This document shows positions 14,505-29,500 of a stretch of 64,000 nucleotides of DNA, piece by piece. The notes beneath the pieces were generated by a model that saw only the letters and a list, made by a program, of their open reading frames with translations, was not told the DNA's origin and made no database searches. Position 1 is the stretch's first letter; each line of letters starts with the position of its first letter. A program made the position numbers and the translations under genes. Origin of the DNA: Antedon mediterranea (lineage: Eukaryota; Animalia; Echinodermata); contig NC_092672.1 in the NCBI RefSeq assembly GCF_964355755.1, forward strand, positions 22,643,237 to 22,707,236, written 5' to 3'.

Positions 14505-17500
14505 GTAAGTCATCTTCATTATTATTTATTTTCATTTTTAAATATACTGTATAACATTTTATTTTTTAATTATAATGGTCTTTTGGGTAATAATATTTAA
14601 TGTATAAAACTTCATTGATGCTGAAATTGGCATAATTTGAAGATATTCAATATATTTTTTTTTCTCTGATATTTAATCATAAAAATTGCTATGACACTAC
14701 GTTAACATTTTGTCATGTATTTCCATTGAACAATTAAAACAATGAAAATGATAGTGCCAATTTTACTTAACTAAACTACAGCAACATGCTATATGCACAA
14801 TTGAAATATATCATCCTTATTCCAAAGTGTTAGATACAGTAATTTAAACAGTTTTGTGAACACTACAACTTCACAAATTTTCAATTTTTCTTTAGATCAT
14901 TATGATTTTGTATATCTTAAAAGTTCAGTTTTTAACCAAAATGATTTAATAATTTCTGAAACACTATGATTCTACCTATATATCACATAGAGGTACAAAT
15001 GATCAAAGATGCTAGTTGATAGACATATAGACTGTATTCATTTATTAGGTGATCATTTAGAATAAAATGATCACCTATTGTTATTGTATGAAATCTTTAT
15101 TCTTATTCTTATTATTTATTTCTCTCTGTACAGATTTTGTGTAACAAATATCTCAAAAAGTTTAATGTTAATGATTACCAAAATTTCACAATGTCTTTCA
15201 AATACGTTAACTTAGTCCTAATAAGCTTTTCAGCGTGATCACTCATCCGTGACGTCACGTATACGCCATTTTGTGAAATCACATTATCAATCATATCTCC
15301 ATAATTCATTATCACATATTAATGAAAATCACTACACGTAAACTTGAGGTCAAGGTAAAAAATATTAGCAAATAAAAACTCGGGCGTTTCAAGGTCATGC
15401 GCGTGAAATCGCGCGTTGAAATTTTAAAAAGCTCAAAATTTAGTTTTTATCAATTTAGAGCATGAAATAGGCCATTTGTGTGTTTAAAAAAATTACTGCG
15501 CAAAAATGTGTTTTTGCGCAGTAATTTTTAAAAAGGGTAAAAAATAAAATTTGATGTATACATCATATTCTACTCACAATCCTTAGTACATTCTCCGACT
15601 TTGAGTCCATTCCGACTTAAAATAACGCTATACGAGCACGTTAAAAATGACAAAATGCGCACATTAATTGTACAAAAGTGCTAAAAATGGTAAAAAATAA
15701 GGACTTTTTAAAATGAATATAACTCTTCAGAATGGCAGGTGACCCCCAATTTTTTTAACTTATTATGGAAGCCAATAAGTTGTAGATACAAATGTATATA
15801 CACATTAGACGTACAAAATGGTATGACGTCATCAAATGGCCAATTGAATTTAGAAATTAGGAATTTTTATCGTTTTGTGTAGGTTATCACATTCAATAGA
15901 GCGCATCTCTGCTATTTGATCCCGATTTTCGCAAAAATTTCAGTGTGTGCTTGCTTAATTATTTATCTTTCTCAGAAGTTGTCAGTGTTTTCATTTTGAT
16001 GGCGTCATCACGCGTAAAAACTTGAATAACTTAGGTCGTGTAATTTCAGCTACACCATACATTTGAATATCTTATAGCTCCTCAGAATTAAAGGTGACCT
16101 TGAAGATTATAATTTATTATGAAAGCTGATGAAACGTAGATATGAATTCATATAAAAATTAAGCCTATCGGATGTTGTGACTTTATCATATGGCCAGTTG
16201 AAGTTAAAAAGTACTTTTTAAATTTCTTTAGTCAAAGTTATACAAATTTTAAAGAGCGCGCATTGCGCTTCTACGTGTCAAATTCTCTTTCAATTCTTAT
16301 ATTTATTTGGTCAATTCATTATCTTTCGAAATTGTCATCTTCGAGTATATTTTGATAATTCCATCATACCAAAAAATTAGAACATGATGTGTGTCCCGTA
16401 ATTTCACCTATGCTACACTGTATATAGATATACAGTATATACTGTACATATTGTATATGGCATATAATAGGCCGAACTCAGCACTATTAAGCGTATAATA
16501 GGATGGCATACATCAACATTTTCCGATCATGTTAACGTACGTACATGTTTAAACAAAATTAATTTCGGTAAAATGATAAAAATGATCACCTATAATTCGT
16601 CAAAGTGACGAATTAAATTCTAGTTAGGTGATCATTTAGAATAAAATGATCACCTATTGTTATTGTATGAAATCTTTATTATTAGGTGATCATTTAGAAT
16701 AAAATGATCACCTATTGTTATTGTATGAAATCTTTATTGGTTATCCGCCTCAGGCGGATAAGCAATTGTTATTGTAGTGTTTCTTTTTTTTATTATTCTT
16801 CCATATTTCCGCCACTTTTTGTGTTCAACTTTTCTCTGCAACGTGTTAACATAACATGTTGTAACTTTGTAAACATTTCGAAATTTAACTGAAGTTGTGC
16901 AGCGAAGCTTTTGGACGCTGTCAGATCCGCGTAGCGTAAGTTACGCGCGAATTTCTGAAAATCTTAAGTTGATCATAACTTCGAAACAAATATATATTTT
17001 TTAACGTAATTTCCAGCCACGTTTGCTTCACATCAATTGCTAACTTTTTCATCGTTACCGACATTTGTAACATTGGAAAGTGCGCGCGTAAACGGCTTTT
17101 GAAATTTTAAAATGCTCCAAATCAATTTCTGATTAAATTAGAGCACGATTCAGGTCATTTTAAGGGTTTGAAAAATTGCCACCAGGTGCGCACATTTTTA
17201 CGTGCGCACGGCGCAGGGAACACGTATGAGCATTTCTTTTGCACGAGTTGTGTTTTTCAATCTTCGGTTAACAATTTTACGTTATTTTAATCACTATTCA
17301 ACTTGAAATGACGTTCTACGAGCACGTTAAACATGACTGGTTGCGCACGTAAAATGTTGAAAAAATTTGAAAATGTTGCAAAATATGTATACTTTTAAAA
17401 ATGATACAGTTCATCAGAATGCAAGGTTACCCCCATTTTTTATTTTATTTTCTTGCAGTGTATGAATCATAGGTCTGATTTATTATAGTGTCGAATGTTA

Positions 17501-20500
17501 AAAGGTGTTTGGTGGCTACATTATTTGCATATTAAATATAATTTTTGAAATTTTTATCATCAAACAAACATAAACATTTTCAAAGAGCAAAATAATAAAC
17601 ATAACGTTTATCTTTTTTCTTCACATGTTAATATATAAAACTTAAAAGTATGCACTTTCATAATATGTCACTGTTTAAAATTTGTGAAGATTTCTTCATA
17701 GTAAAAATTATGATTTAGTTTGATAAGTAATAATCTATTTGCATCGAGTGGTTCACGACATACCGAATGAACGAGTAAACTTTCGTCGGATTTTCTTCAG
17801 CAGGTGCTCATATGGCTCGATGTGTAGTGCCACCGACTTTGGTATCAGAGGTACCGGGATCGAGTCCCGTCACGGGAAAACAATTTAATAAAAGGATTTA
17901 TTTGGTTGTTACACTGAAAAGGCAGTTTTAATTTTGAATTGGCTACTTTTTGGAAAAGCCATAACTGAAAAGTACTTGAATGCGCAAGATACGTTTTGTG
18001 GCGGGCGGATAACCAAACTCGTCCTCAAGTGACGAGTTCAGATCTAGTTATTTTTATTTTTTTTATTCTTTCTGTACACTTTTTGTGTAACAATTATCTC
18101 AAAAAGTTGAATGGCAATGATCACAAAAAATTCACAGTGTCTTTCAAATACTTTAACTTAGCCATAATAAGCTTTTCAGCGTGATCACTTAACCGTGACG
18201 TCACGTATACGCGATTTTGTGAAATCACACTATCAATCATATCTCCATAACTCTTTATCACATATCAATAAAATTCACTATACGTAAACTTCAGGTGAAG
18301 GGTAAAAATATTAACAAATAAAAACTTACGTGTTTCAAGGTCATGCACGTGAAATCGCGTGTTAAAATTTTAAAAAGCTCAAAATTAAGTTTTGATCAAT
18401 TTAGAGCATAAAATAGGCCATTTGCGTGTTTTAAAAAATTACTGCGCAAAAATAGATTTTTGCGCACAGGATTTTTAAAAAGCGTAAAAAATAAAATTTG
18501 ATGTATACATCACATTCTACTCATAATCCTTAGTACAATCTCCGACTTTGAGTCCATTCAGACTTAAAATAACGCTATACGAGCACGTTAAAAATGACAA
18601 AATGCGCACATTAATTGTACAAAAGTGCTAAAAATGGTAAAAAGTAGGGCCTTTTTAAAATGAATATAACTCTTCAGAATGGCAGGTGACCCCCAATTTT
18701 TTTAACTTAATTTGGAAGCCGATAAGTTGTAGATACAAATGTATATACACATTATACGTACAAAATGGTATTACGTCATCAAATGGCCACTTCAATTTAA
18801 AAATTAGGATTTTTTTCCGTTTTGTGTAGTTTATCACATTCAATAGAGCGCATCTCCGCTATTTGAGCCCGATTTTCGCACAAATATTAGTATATGCTTG
18901 CTCAGTTACTTATCTTTCTCATGAGTTGTCAACATTTTCATTTTGATGATGTCATCACACGTAAAAACTTGAATAACGTAGGTCGTGTAATTTCACCTTC
19001 GCCGTAAATTTGAATATCTTACAGCTCTTCAGAATTGAAGGTTACCTTGATGATTATAATTTATTATAAAAGCTGATGAAATGTAGATATGAATTCATAT
19101 AAAAACCAAGCCTGTCGGATGTTGTGACGTTAACATATGGCCAGATGAAGTTAAAAAGTAGTTTTTTCATCTTTTTCGTCAAAGTTATACAAATTTCAAA
19201 GAGCACGCACAGCGCTTCTACGTGCCAGATTCTCTTCCAATTCTTATATTTATTTGCTCAATTCATTATCTTTCGAAATTGTCATCTTTGAGTTTATTTT
19301 GATAATTCCATCATACCAACAAATTAGAACATGATGTGTGTCCCGTAATTTCACCTATGCTACACTGTATATATACAGTATACACTGTACATATTGTATA
19401 TGGCACATAATAGGCACAACTCAGCGATATAAGCGTAGGCATCATGTCATAGGATCGTATGTTAACGTACGTGCATGTTTAAAAAATGTTAATTTCATTA
19501 AAATGATAACAATGATCACCTATAATTCGTCAAAGTGACGAATTAAATTCTAGTGAGAAATTGTTTTTGTAAAAAAAAAATGTTTCTTTGCAATTTCTTT
19601 CTGTACAGATTTTGTGTAACAAATATCTCAAAAAGTTTAATGTCAATGATTACCAAAATTTCAGAATGTCTTTCAAATACTTTAACTTAGTCCTAATAAG
19701 CTTTTCAGCGTGATCCCTCACCCGTGACGTCATTTATACGCCATTTTGTGAAATCGCAATATCAATCATATCTCCATAATTAATTATCACATATTAATGA
19801 AATTCACTACACGTAAACTTCAGGTCAAGGGTAAAAATATTATCAAATAAAAACGCGCGCGCACGTAGGGTCATGCGCGTGAAATCGCGCATTAAAAATT
19901 TAAAAAGCTCAAAATTACGTTTTAATCAATTTAGAGCATGAATTAGGCCATTTGCGTGTTTCAAAAAATTACTGCGCAAAAAAATTATTTTGCGCGCGCG
20001 ATACTTACAAAGTGTAAAAATTGCAATTTTTTATACAAATCGCATTCTACTCACCATCCTTAGTACATTCACCAAATTTGAGTCAGTTCCGACTTAAAAT
20101 AACGGTATACGAGCAGGTTAAAAATATCAAAAATGCGCAAATTAATTGCATCAAAGTGATGAAAATGGTGAAAAATAAGGCCTTTTTAAAATGAATATAA
20201 CTCTTCAGAATGGCAGGTGACCACCAATTTTTTTAAGTTATTCGGGAAGCCATTGGGTTGTAGATACATATTCATGTACACATTAGACGTACAAAATGGT
20301 ATGACGTCATCAAATGGCCACTTCAATTTAAAAATTAGTAATTTTTATCTTTTTGTATGGGTTTTCACATTCAATAGAGCGCATCTCCGTTATTTTAGCT
20401 CGATTTTCGAAGAAGTTTTAGTATGTGCTTGCTCAATTAATTATCTTTCTCAGGAGTATTCAATATTTTTATTTTGATGACATCATGACGCGTAAAAACT

Positions 20501-23500
20501 TGAATAACATAGGTCGTGTAATTTCAGCTACACCTTACATTTGAATATATTATAGCTCTTCAGAATTAAATGTGACCTTAAAGATTATAACTTATTACGA
20601 AAGCTGATGAAATGAAGATATGAATTAATATAAAAATTAAGCCTATCGGATGTTGTGATGTTATCATATGGCCAGTTGAAGTTAAAACGTTGTTTTTAAA
20701 TTTCTTTAGTCGAAGTTATACAAATTTCAAAGAGCGCGCATTGCGCTTCTACGTGCCAAATTCTCTTCCAATCCTTATATTTATTTGCTCAATTCATTAT
20801 CTTTCGAAACTGTCATCTTCGAGTTTATTTTAATAATTCCATCATACCGAAAAATTTGAACATGATGTGGGTCCAGTAATTTCACCTATGCTACAGTGTA
20901 TATAGATACAGTATATACTGTACATAATAGGTACAACTCAGCACTATAAGTGTATATGCATCATGTCATAGGATGGCGTACATCAGCTTTTTACGATCGT
21001 ATGTTAACGTACGTGCATGTTTAAAAAATGTTAATTTCATTAAAATGATAAAAATGATCACCTATAATTCGTCAAAGTGACGAATTAAATTCTAGTTTTT
21101 TTTCTTTCTGTACACTTTTTGTGTAACAAATATCTCAAAAAGTTGAATAACAATGATCACAAAAATTTCACAATGTCTTTCAAATACTTTAACTTAGCCA
21201 TAATAAGCTTTTCAGCGTGATCACTGACCCGTGACGTCACGTATACGCCATTTTGTGAAATCACATTATCAATCATATATCCATAATTCATTATCACATA
21301 TTTATGAAATTCACTACACGTAAACTTCAGGTCAAGGGTAAAAATATTAGCAAATAAAAACACGCGCGCACGTAGGATCATGCGCGTGAAATCGCGCATT
21401 AAAAATTTAAAAAGCTCAAAATTACGTTTTAATCAATTTAGAGCATGAATTAGGCCATTTGCGTGTTTCAAAAAATTACTGCGCAAAAAAATTATTTTGC
21501 GCGCGCGATACTTACAAAGTGTAAAAATTGCAATTTTTTTATACAAATCGCATTCTACTCACCATCCTTAGTACATTCACCAAATTTGAGTCAGTTCCGA
21601 CTTAAAATAACGGTATACGAGCAGGTTAAAAATGTCAAAATGCGCAAATTAATTGCATCAAAGTGATGAAAATGGTGAAAAATAAAGCCTTTTTAAAATG
21701 AATATAACTCTTCAGAATGGCAGGTGACCCCCAATTTTTTTAAGTTATTCGGAAAGCCATTGGGTTGTAGATACATATTCATGTACACATTAGACGTACA
21801 AAATGATATGACGTCATCAAATGGCCACTTCAATTTAAAAATTAGTAATTTTTATCTTTTTGTATGGGTTATCACATTTAATAGAGCGCATCTCCGTTAT
21901 TTTAGCTCGATTTTCGGAGAAGTTTTAGTATGTGCTTGCTCAATTAATTATCTTTCTCAGGAGTTGTCAATATTTTTATTTTGATGACATCATCACGCGT
22001 AAAAACTTGAATAACGTAGGTCGTGTAATTTCAGCTACACCTTACATTTGAATATATTATAGCTCTTCAGAATTAAAGGTGACCTTGAAGATTATAACTT
22101 ATTATGAAAGCTGATGAAATGTAGATATGAATTAATATAAAAATTAAGCCTATCGGATGTTGTGATGTTATCATATGGCCAGTTGAAGTTAAAACGTTGT
22201 TTTTAAATTTCTTTAGTCGAAGTTATACAAATTTCAAAGAGCGCGCATTGCGCTTCTACGTGTCAAATTCTCTTCCAATCCTTATATTTATTTGCTCAAT
22301 TCATTATCTTTCGAAATTGTCATCTTCGAGTTTATTTTGATAATTCCATCATACCGAAAAATTTGAACATGATGTGGGTCCAGTAATTTCACCTATGCTA
22401 CACTGTATATAGATATACAGTATATACTGTACATAATAGGTACAACTCAGCACTATAAGTGTATATGCATCATGTCATAGGATGGCGTACATCAACTTTT
22501 TACGATCGTATGTTAACGTACGTGCATGTTTAAAAAATGTTAATTTCATTAAAACGATAAATATGATCACCTATAATTCGTCAAAGTGACGAATTAAATT
22601 CTAGTTATTCTTCTTTCTGTACACTTTTTGTTCGTCAAATATCTCAAAAAGTTGAATAACAATGATCATAAAAATTTCACAATGTCTTACAAATACTTTA
22701 ACTTAGCCATAATAAGCTTTTCAGCGTGATCACTCAACCTTGACGTCACGTATACGCGATTTTGTGAAATCACATTATCAATTATATGTCCATAATTGAT
22801 TGTCACATATTTATGAAATTCACTACACGTAAATTTCAGGTCAAGGTAAAAAATATTAGCAAATAAAAACTGGCGCGTCTCAAGGTCATGCGCGTAAAAT
22901 CGCGCGTAAAGATTTTAAAAAGCTCAAAATTAAGTTTTGATCAATTTAGAGCATGAATTAGGCCATTTGCGTGTTTCAAAAAATTACTGCGCAAAAACAC
23001 GTTTTTGCGCACGCAATTCGTAAAAAGCGTAAAAAATAAAATTTGATGTAAAAATCACATTCTACTCACAATCCTTAGTACATTCTCCGATTTTGAGTCC
23101 ATTCTGACTTAAAATAACGCTGTACGAGCACGTTAAACATGACAAAATGCGCACATTAATTGCACAAAAGTGCAAAAAATGGTAAAAATTAAGGCCTTTT
23201 TAAAATGAATATAACTCTTCAGAATGGCAGGTAACCCCCAATTTTTTTAACTTAATATGGAAGCCAATAAGTTGTAGATATAAATGTATATAAACATTAG
23301 ACGTACAAAATGGTATTACGTCATCAAATGGCCACTTGAATTTAAAAATCAGGATTTTTTTCCGTTTTGTGTAGGTTATCACATTCAATAGAGCGCATCT
23401 CTGCTATTTGAGCCCAATTTTCGCACAAATTTCAGTGTGTGCTTGCTTACTTATTTACCTTTCTCATAAATTGTCAGTGTTTTCATTTTGATGACGTCGT

Positions 23501-26500
23501 CACGCGTAAAAACTTGAATAACGTAGGTCGTGTAATTTCACCTTCGCCGTAAATTTGAATATCTTACAGCTCTTCAGAATTGAAGGTTACCTTGATGATT
23601 ATAATTTATTATGAAAGCTGATGAAATGTAGATATGAATTCATATAAAAACAAAGCCTATCGGATGTTGTGACGTTAACATATGGCCAGATGAAGTTAAG
23701 AAGTAGTTTTTTCATCTTTTTCGTCAAAGTTATACAAATTTCAAAGAGCGCGCACAGCGCTTCTACGTGCCAGATTCTCTTCCAATTCTTATATTTATTT
23801 GCTCAATTCATTATCTTTCGACATTGTCATCTTTGAGTTTATTTTGATAATTGCATCATACCAAAAAATTAGAACATGATGTGTGTCCCGTAATTTCACC
23901 TATGCTACACTGTATATAGATATACAGTATATACTGTACATATTGTATATGGCATATAATAGGCACAATTCAGCTATATAAGTGTATGCATCATGTCATA
24001 GGATGGCGTACATCAACTTTTTACGATCGTATGTTAACGTACGTGCATGTTTAAAAAATGTTAATTTCATTAAAATGATAACAATGATCACCTATAATTC
24101 GTCAAAGTGACGAATTAAATTCTAGTGAGAAATTGTTTTTGTAAAAAAAAATGTTTCTTCGCAATTTTTTTCTGTACAGATTTTGTTTAACAAATATCTC
24201 AAAAAGTTTAATTTCAAGGATTACCAACATTTCAGAATGTCTTAAAAATACGTTAACTTAGTCCTAATAAGCTTTTCAGCGTGATCACTCATCCGTAACG
24301 TCATTTATACGCCATTTTGTGAAATCACGTTATCAATCATAATTCCATAACTAGAATTTAATTCGTCACTTTGACGAATTATAGGTGATCATTGTTATCA
24401 ATTTAATGAAATTAACATTTTTTAAACATGCATGTACGTTAACATACGATCATAAAAAGTTGATGTACGCCATCCTATGACATGATGCATACACTTATAT
24501 CGCTGAGTTGTGCCTATTATATGCCATATACAATATGTACAGTATATACTGTATATCTATATACAGTGTAGCATAGGTGAAATTACGGGACACACATCAT
24601 ATTCTACTTTTTTGGTATGATGGAATTATCAAAATAAACTCAAAGATGACAATTTCGAAAGATAATGAATTGAGCAAATAAATATAAGAATTGGAAGAGA
24701 ATCTGGCACGTAGAAGCGCTGTGCGCGCTCTTTGAAATTTGTATAACTTTGACGAAAAAGATGAAAAAACTTCTTTTTAACTTCATCTGGCCATATGTTA
24801 ACGTCACAACATCCGATAGGCTTGGTTTTTATATGAATTTATATCTACATTTCATCAGCTTTCATAATAAATTATAATCATCAAGGTAACCTTCAATTCT
24901 GAAGAGCTGTAAGATATTCAAATTTACGGCGAAGGTGAAATTATACGACCTACGTTATTCAAGTTTTTACGCGTGATGACTTCATCAAAATGAAAACACT
25001 GACAACTTATGAGAAAGATAAATAATTAAGTAAGCACACACTGAAATTTGTGCGAAAATCGGGCTCAAATAGCAGAGATGCGCTCTATTGAATGTGATAA
25101 CCTACACAAAACGGAAAAAAATCCTAATTTTTAAATTCAAGTGGCCATTTGATGACGTAATACCATTTTGTACGTCTAATGTTTATATACATTTATATCT
25201 ACAACTTATTGGCTTCCATATTAAGTTAAAAAAATTGGGGGTCACCTGCCATTCTGAAGAGTTATATTCATTTTAAAAAGGCCTTAATTTTTACAATTTT
25301 TTGCACTTTTGTGCACTTTTGTGCAATTAATGTGCGCATTTTGTCATGTTGAACGTGCTCGTACAGCGTTATTTTAAGTCGGAATTGACTCAAAATCGGA
25401 GAATGTACTAAGGATTGTGAGTAGAATGTGATGTTTACATCAAATTTTATTTTTTACGCTTTTTACGAATTGCGTGCGCAAAAACGTGTTTTTGCGCAGT
25501 AATTTTTTGAAACACGCAAATGGCCTAATTAATGCTCTAAATTGATCAAAACTTAATTTTGACCTTTTTAAAACCTTTACGCGCAAATGCACGTGCATGA
25601 CCTTCAGACGCGCCAGTTTTTATTTGCTAATATTTTTTACCTTGACCTGAAGTTTACGTATAGTAAATTTTATTGATATGTGATAAAGAGTTAGGGAGAT
25701 ATGATTGATAGTGTGATTTCACAAAATCGCGTATACGTGACGTCACAGATGAGTGATCACGCTGAAAAGCTTATTATGGCTAAGTTAAAGTATTTGTAAG
25801 ACATTGTGAAATTTTTATGATCATTGTTATTCAACTTTTTGAGATATTTGACGAACAAAAAGTGTACAGAAAGAAGAATAATAATAATAAAGATTTTGTA
25901 CAATAACAATAGGTGATCATTTTATTCTAAATGATCACCTAATTAATTATCACATATTAATGAAATTCACTACATGTCAACTTCAGGTAAAGGGTAAAAA
26001 TATTAGCAAATAAAAACGCACGCGCACGTAGGGTCATGCGCGTGAAATCGCGCGTTAAAAATTTAAAATGCTCAAAATTACGTTTTGATCAATTTAGAGC
26101 ATGAATTCGGCCATTTGCGTGTTTTAAAAAATTACTGCGCAAAAACCCGTTTTTGCGCGTGCGTACATAGAAAGCGTAAAAAATAACAATTTTTTGTACA
26201 AATTGCATTCTACTCATCTTCCATAGTACATTCACCAAATTTGAGTCCATTTCGACTTAAAATAGTGCTATACGAGCACGTTAAAAATGACAAAATGCGC
26301 ACATTAATTGTACAAAAGTGCTAAAAATGGTAAAAATTAAGGCCTTTTTAAAAAGAATATAACTCTTCAGAATGGCAGGTGACCCCCAATTTTTTTAACT
26401 TATTATGGAAGCCAATAAGTTGTAGATATAAATATATATACATATTAGACGTACAAAATGGTATGACGTCATCAAATGGCCACTTCAATTTAAAAATTAG

Positions 26501-29500
26501 TAATTTTTATGTTTTTGTGTGGGTTATCACATTCAACAGAGCCCATCTCCGTTATTTGAGCCCGATTTTTGCACAAATTTTAGGATGTGCTTGCTCAATT
26601 AATTATCTTTCTCAGGAGTTGTCAATAATTTCGTTTTGATGACGGCATCATGCGTATAAACTTGAATAACCTAGGTCGTGTATTTTCAGCTACACCATAC
26701 ATTTGAATATCTTACAGCTCTTCAGAATTAAAGGTGACCTTGAAGATTATAATTTATAATAAAAGCTGATTAAACGTAGATATGAATTCATATAAAAATT
26801 AGGCCTATCGGATGTTGTGACATTATGAAATGGTCAGTTTAAATTAGAAGGTAGTTTTTTTCTCTCTTTCGTCAAATTTATACAAATTTCAAAAAGCGCG
26901 CATTGCGCTTCTACGTGTCAAATTCTCTTCCAATCCTTATATTTATTTGCTTAATTCATTATCTTTCAAAATTGCCATCTTCGAGTTTATTATGATAATT
27001 TCATCATACCAAAAAATTAGAACATGATGTGGGTCCCGTAATTTCACCTATGCTACACTGTATATAGATATACAGTATATACTGTACATATTGTATATGG
27101 CATATAATAGGCACAACTCAGCACTATAAGAGTATGCATCATGTCATAGGATGGCGCACATCAACTTTTTACGATCGTATGTTAACGTACGTGCATGTTT
27201 AAAAAAAATTTAATTTCATTAAAATGATAAAAATGATCACCTATAATTCGTCAAAGTGACGAATTAAATTCTAGTTAGGTGATCATTTAGAATAAAATGA
27301 TCACCTATTGTTATTGTACAAAATCTTTATTATTAGGTGATCATTTAGAATAAAATGATCACCTATTGTTATTGTACAAAATCTTTATTATTGTTATTAT
27401 TCTTTCTGTACACTTTTTGTTCGTCAAATATCTCAAAAAGTTGAATAGCAATGATCACAACAATTTCACAATGTCTTTCAAATACTTTAACTTAGCCATA
27501 ATAAGCTTTTCAGCGTGATCACTCATCCGTGACGTCACGTATACGCCATTTTGTGAAATCACATTATCAATCATATATCCATAATTCATTATCACATATT
27601 TATGAAATTCACTACACGTAAACTTCAGGTCAAGGGTAAAAATATTAGCAAGTAAAAACGCGCGCGCATGTAGGGTCATGCGCGTGGAATCGCGCAGTAA
27701 AAATTTAAAAAGCTCAAAATTACGTTTTAATCAATTTAGAGCATGAATTAGGCCAATTGCGTGTTTCAAAAAATTACTGCGCAAAAAAAATATTTTGCGC
27801 GCGCGATACTTACAAAGCGTAAAAATTGCAATTTTTTTATACAAATCGCGTTCTACTCACCATCCTTAGTACATTCACCAAATTTGAGTAAGTTCCGACT
27901 GAAAATAACGCTATACGAGCAGGTTAAAAATAACAAAATGCGCAAATTAATTGCATCAAAGTGCTGAAAATGGTGAAAAATAAGGCCTTTTTAAAATGAA
28001 TATAACTCTTCAGAATGGCAGGTGACCCCCAATTTTTTTAACTTATTCAGGAAGCCATTGGGTTGTAGATACATATTCATGTACACATTAGACGTACAAA
28101 ATGGTATGACGTCATCAAAGGGCCACTTCAATTTAAAAATTAGTAATTTTTATCTTTTTGTGTGGGTTATCACATTCAATAGAGCGCATCTCTGCTATTT
28201 GAGCCCGATTTTCGCCGAAATGTTAGTATGTGCTTGCTCAATTAATTATCTTTCTCAAGAGTTGTCAACATTTTTATTTTGATGACGTCATCATGTGTCA
28301 AAACTTTAATAACGTAGGTCGTGTAATTTCAGCTACACCTTACATTTGAATATATTATAGCTCTTCAGAATTAAAGGTGACCTTGAAGATTATAACTTAT
28401 TATGAAAGCTGATGTAATGTAGATATGAATTAATATAAAAATTAAGCCTATCGGATGTTGTGATGTTATCATATGGCCAGTTGAAGTTAAAACGTTGTTT
28501 TTAAATTTCTTTAGTCGAAGTTATACAAATTTCAAAGAGCGCGCATTGCGCTTCTACGTGTCAAATTCTCTTCCAATCCTAATATTTATTTGCTCAATTC
28601 ATTATCTTTCGAAATTGTCATCTTCGAGTTTATTTTGATAATTCCATCATACCGACAAATTTGAACATGATGTGGGTCCAGTAATTTCACCTATGCTACA
28701 CTGTATATAGATACAGTATATACTGTACATAATAGGTACAACTCAGCACTATAAGTGTATATGCATCATGTCATAGGATGGCGTACATCAGCTTTTTACG
28801 ATCGTATGTTAACGTACGTGCATGTTTAAAAAATGTTAATTTCATTAAAATGATAAAAATGATCACCTATAATTCGTCAAAGTGACGAATTAAATTCTAG
28901 TTATTATTCTTCTTTCTGTACACTTTTTGTTCGTCAAATATCTCAAAAAGTCGAATAACAATGATCATAAAAATTTCACAATGTCTTACAAATACTTTAA
29001 CTTAGCCATAATAAGCTTTTCAGCGTGATCACTTATCCGTGACGTCACGTATACGCGATTTTGTGAAATCACACTATCAATCATATCTCCCTAACTCTTT
29101 ATCACATATCAATAAAATTTACTATACGTAAACTTCAGGTCAAGGTAAAAAATATTAGCAAATAAAAACTGGCGCGTCTCAAGGTCATGCACGTGAATTT
29201 GGGCGTAAAGGTTTTAAAAAGGTCAAAATTAAGTTTTGATCAATTTAGAGCATGAATTAGGCCATTTGCGTGTTTCAAAAAATTACTGCGCAAAAACACG
29301 TTTTTGCGCACGCAATTCGTAAAAAGCGTAAAAAACAAAATTTGATGTAAACATCACATTCTACTCACAATCCTTAGTACATTCTCCGATTTTGAGTCAA
29401 TTTCGACTTAAAATAACGCTGTACGAGCACGTTCAACATGACAAAATGCGCACATTAATTGCACAAAAGTGCAAAAAATTGTAAAAATTAAGGCCTTTTT

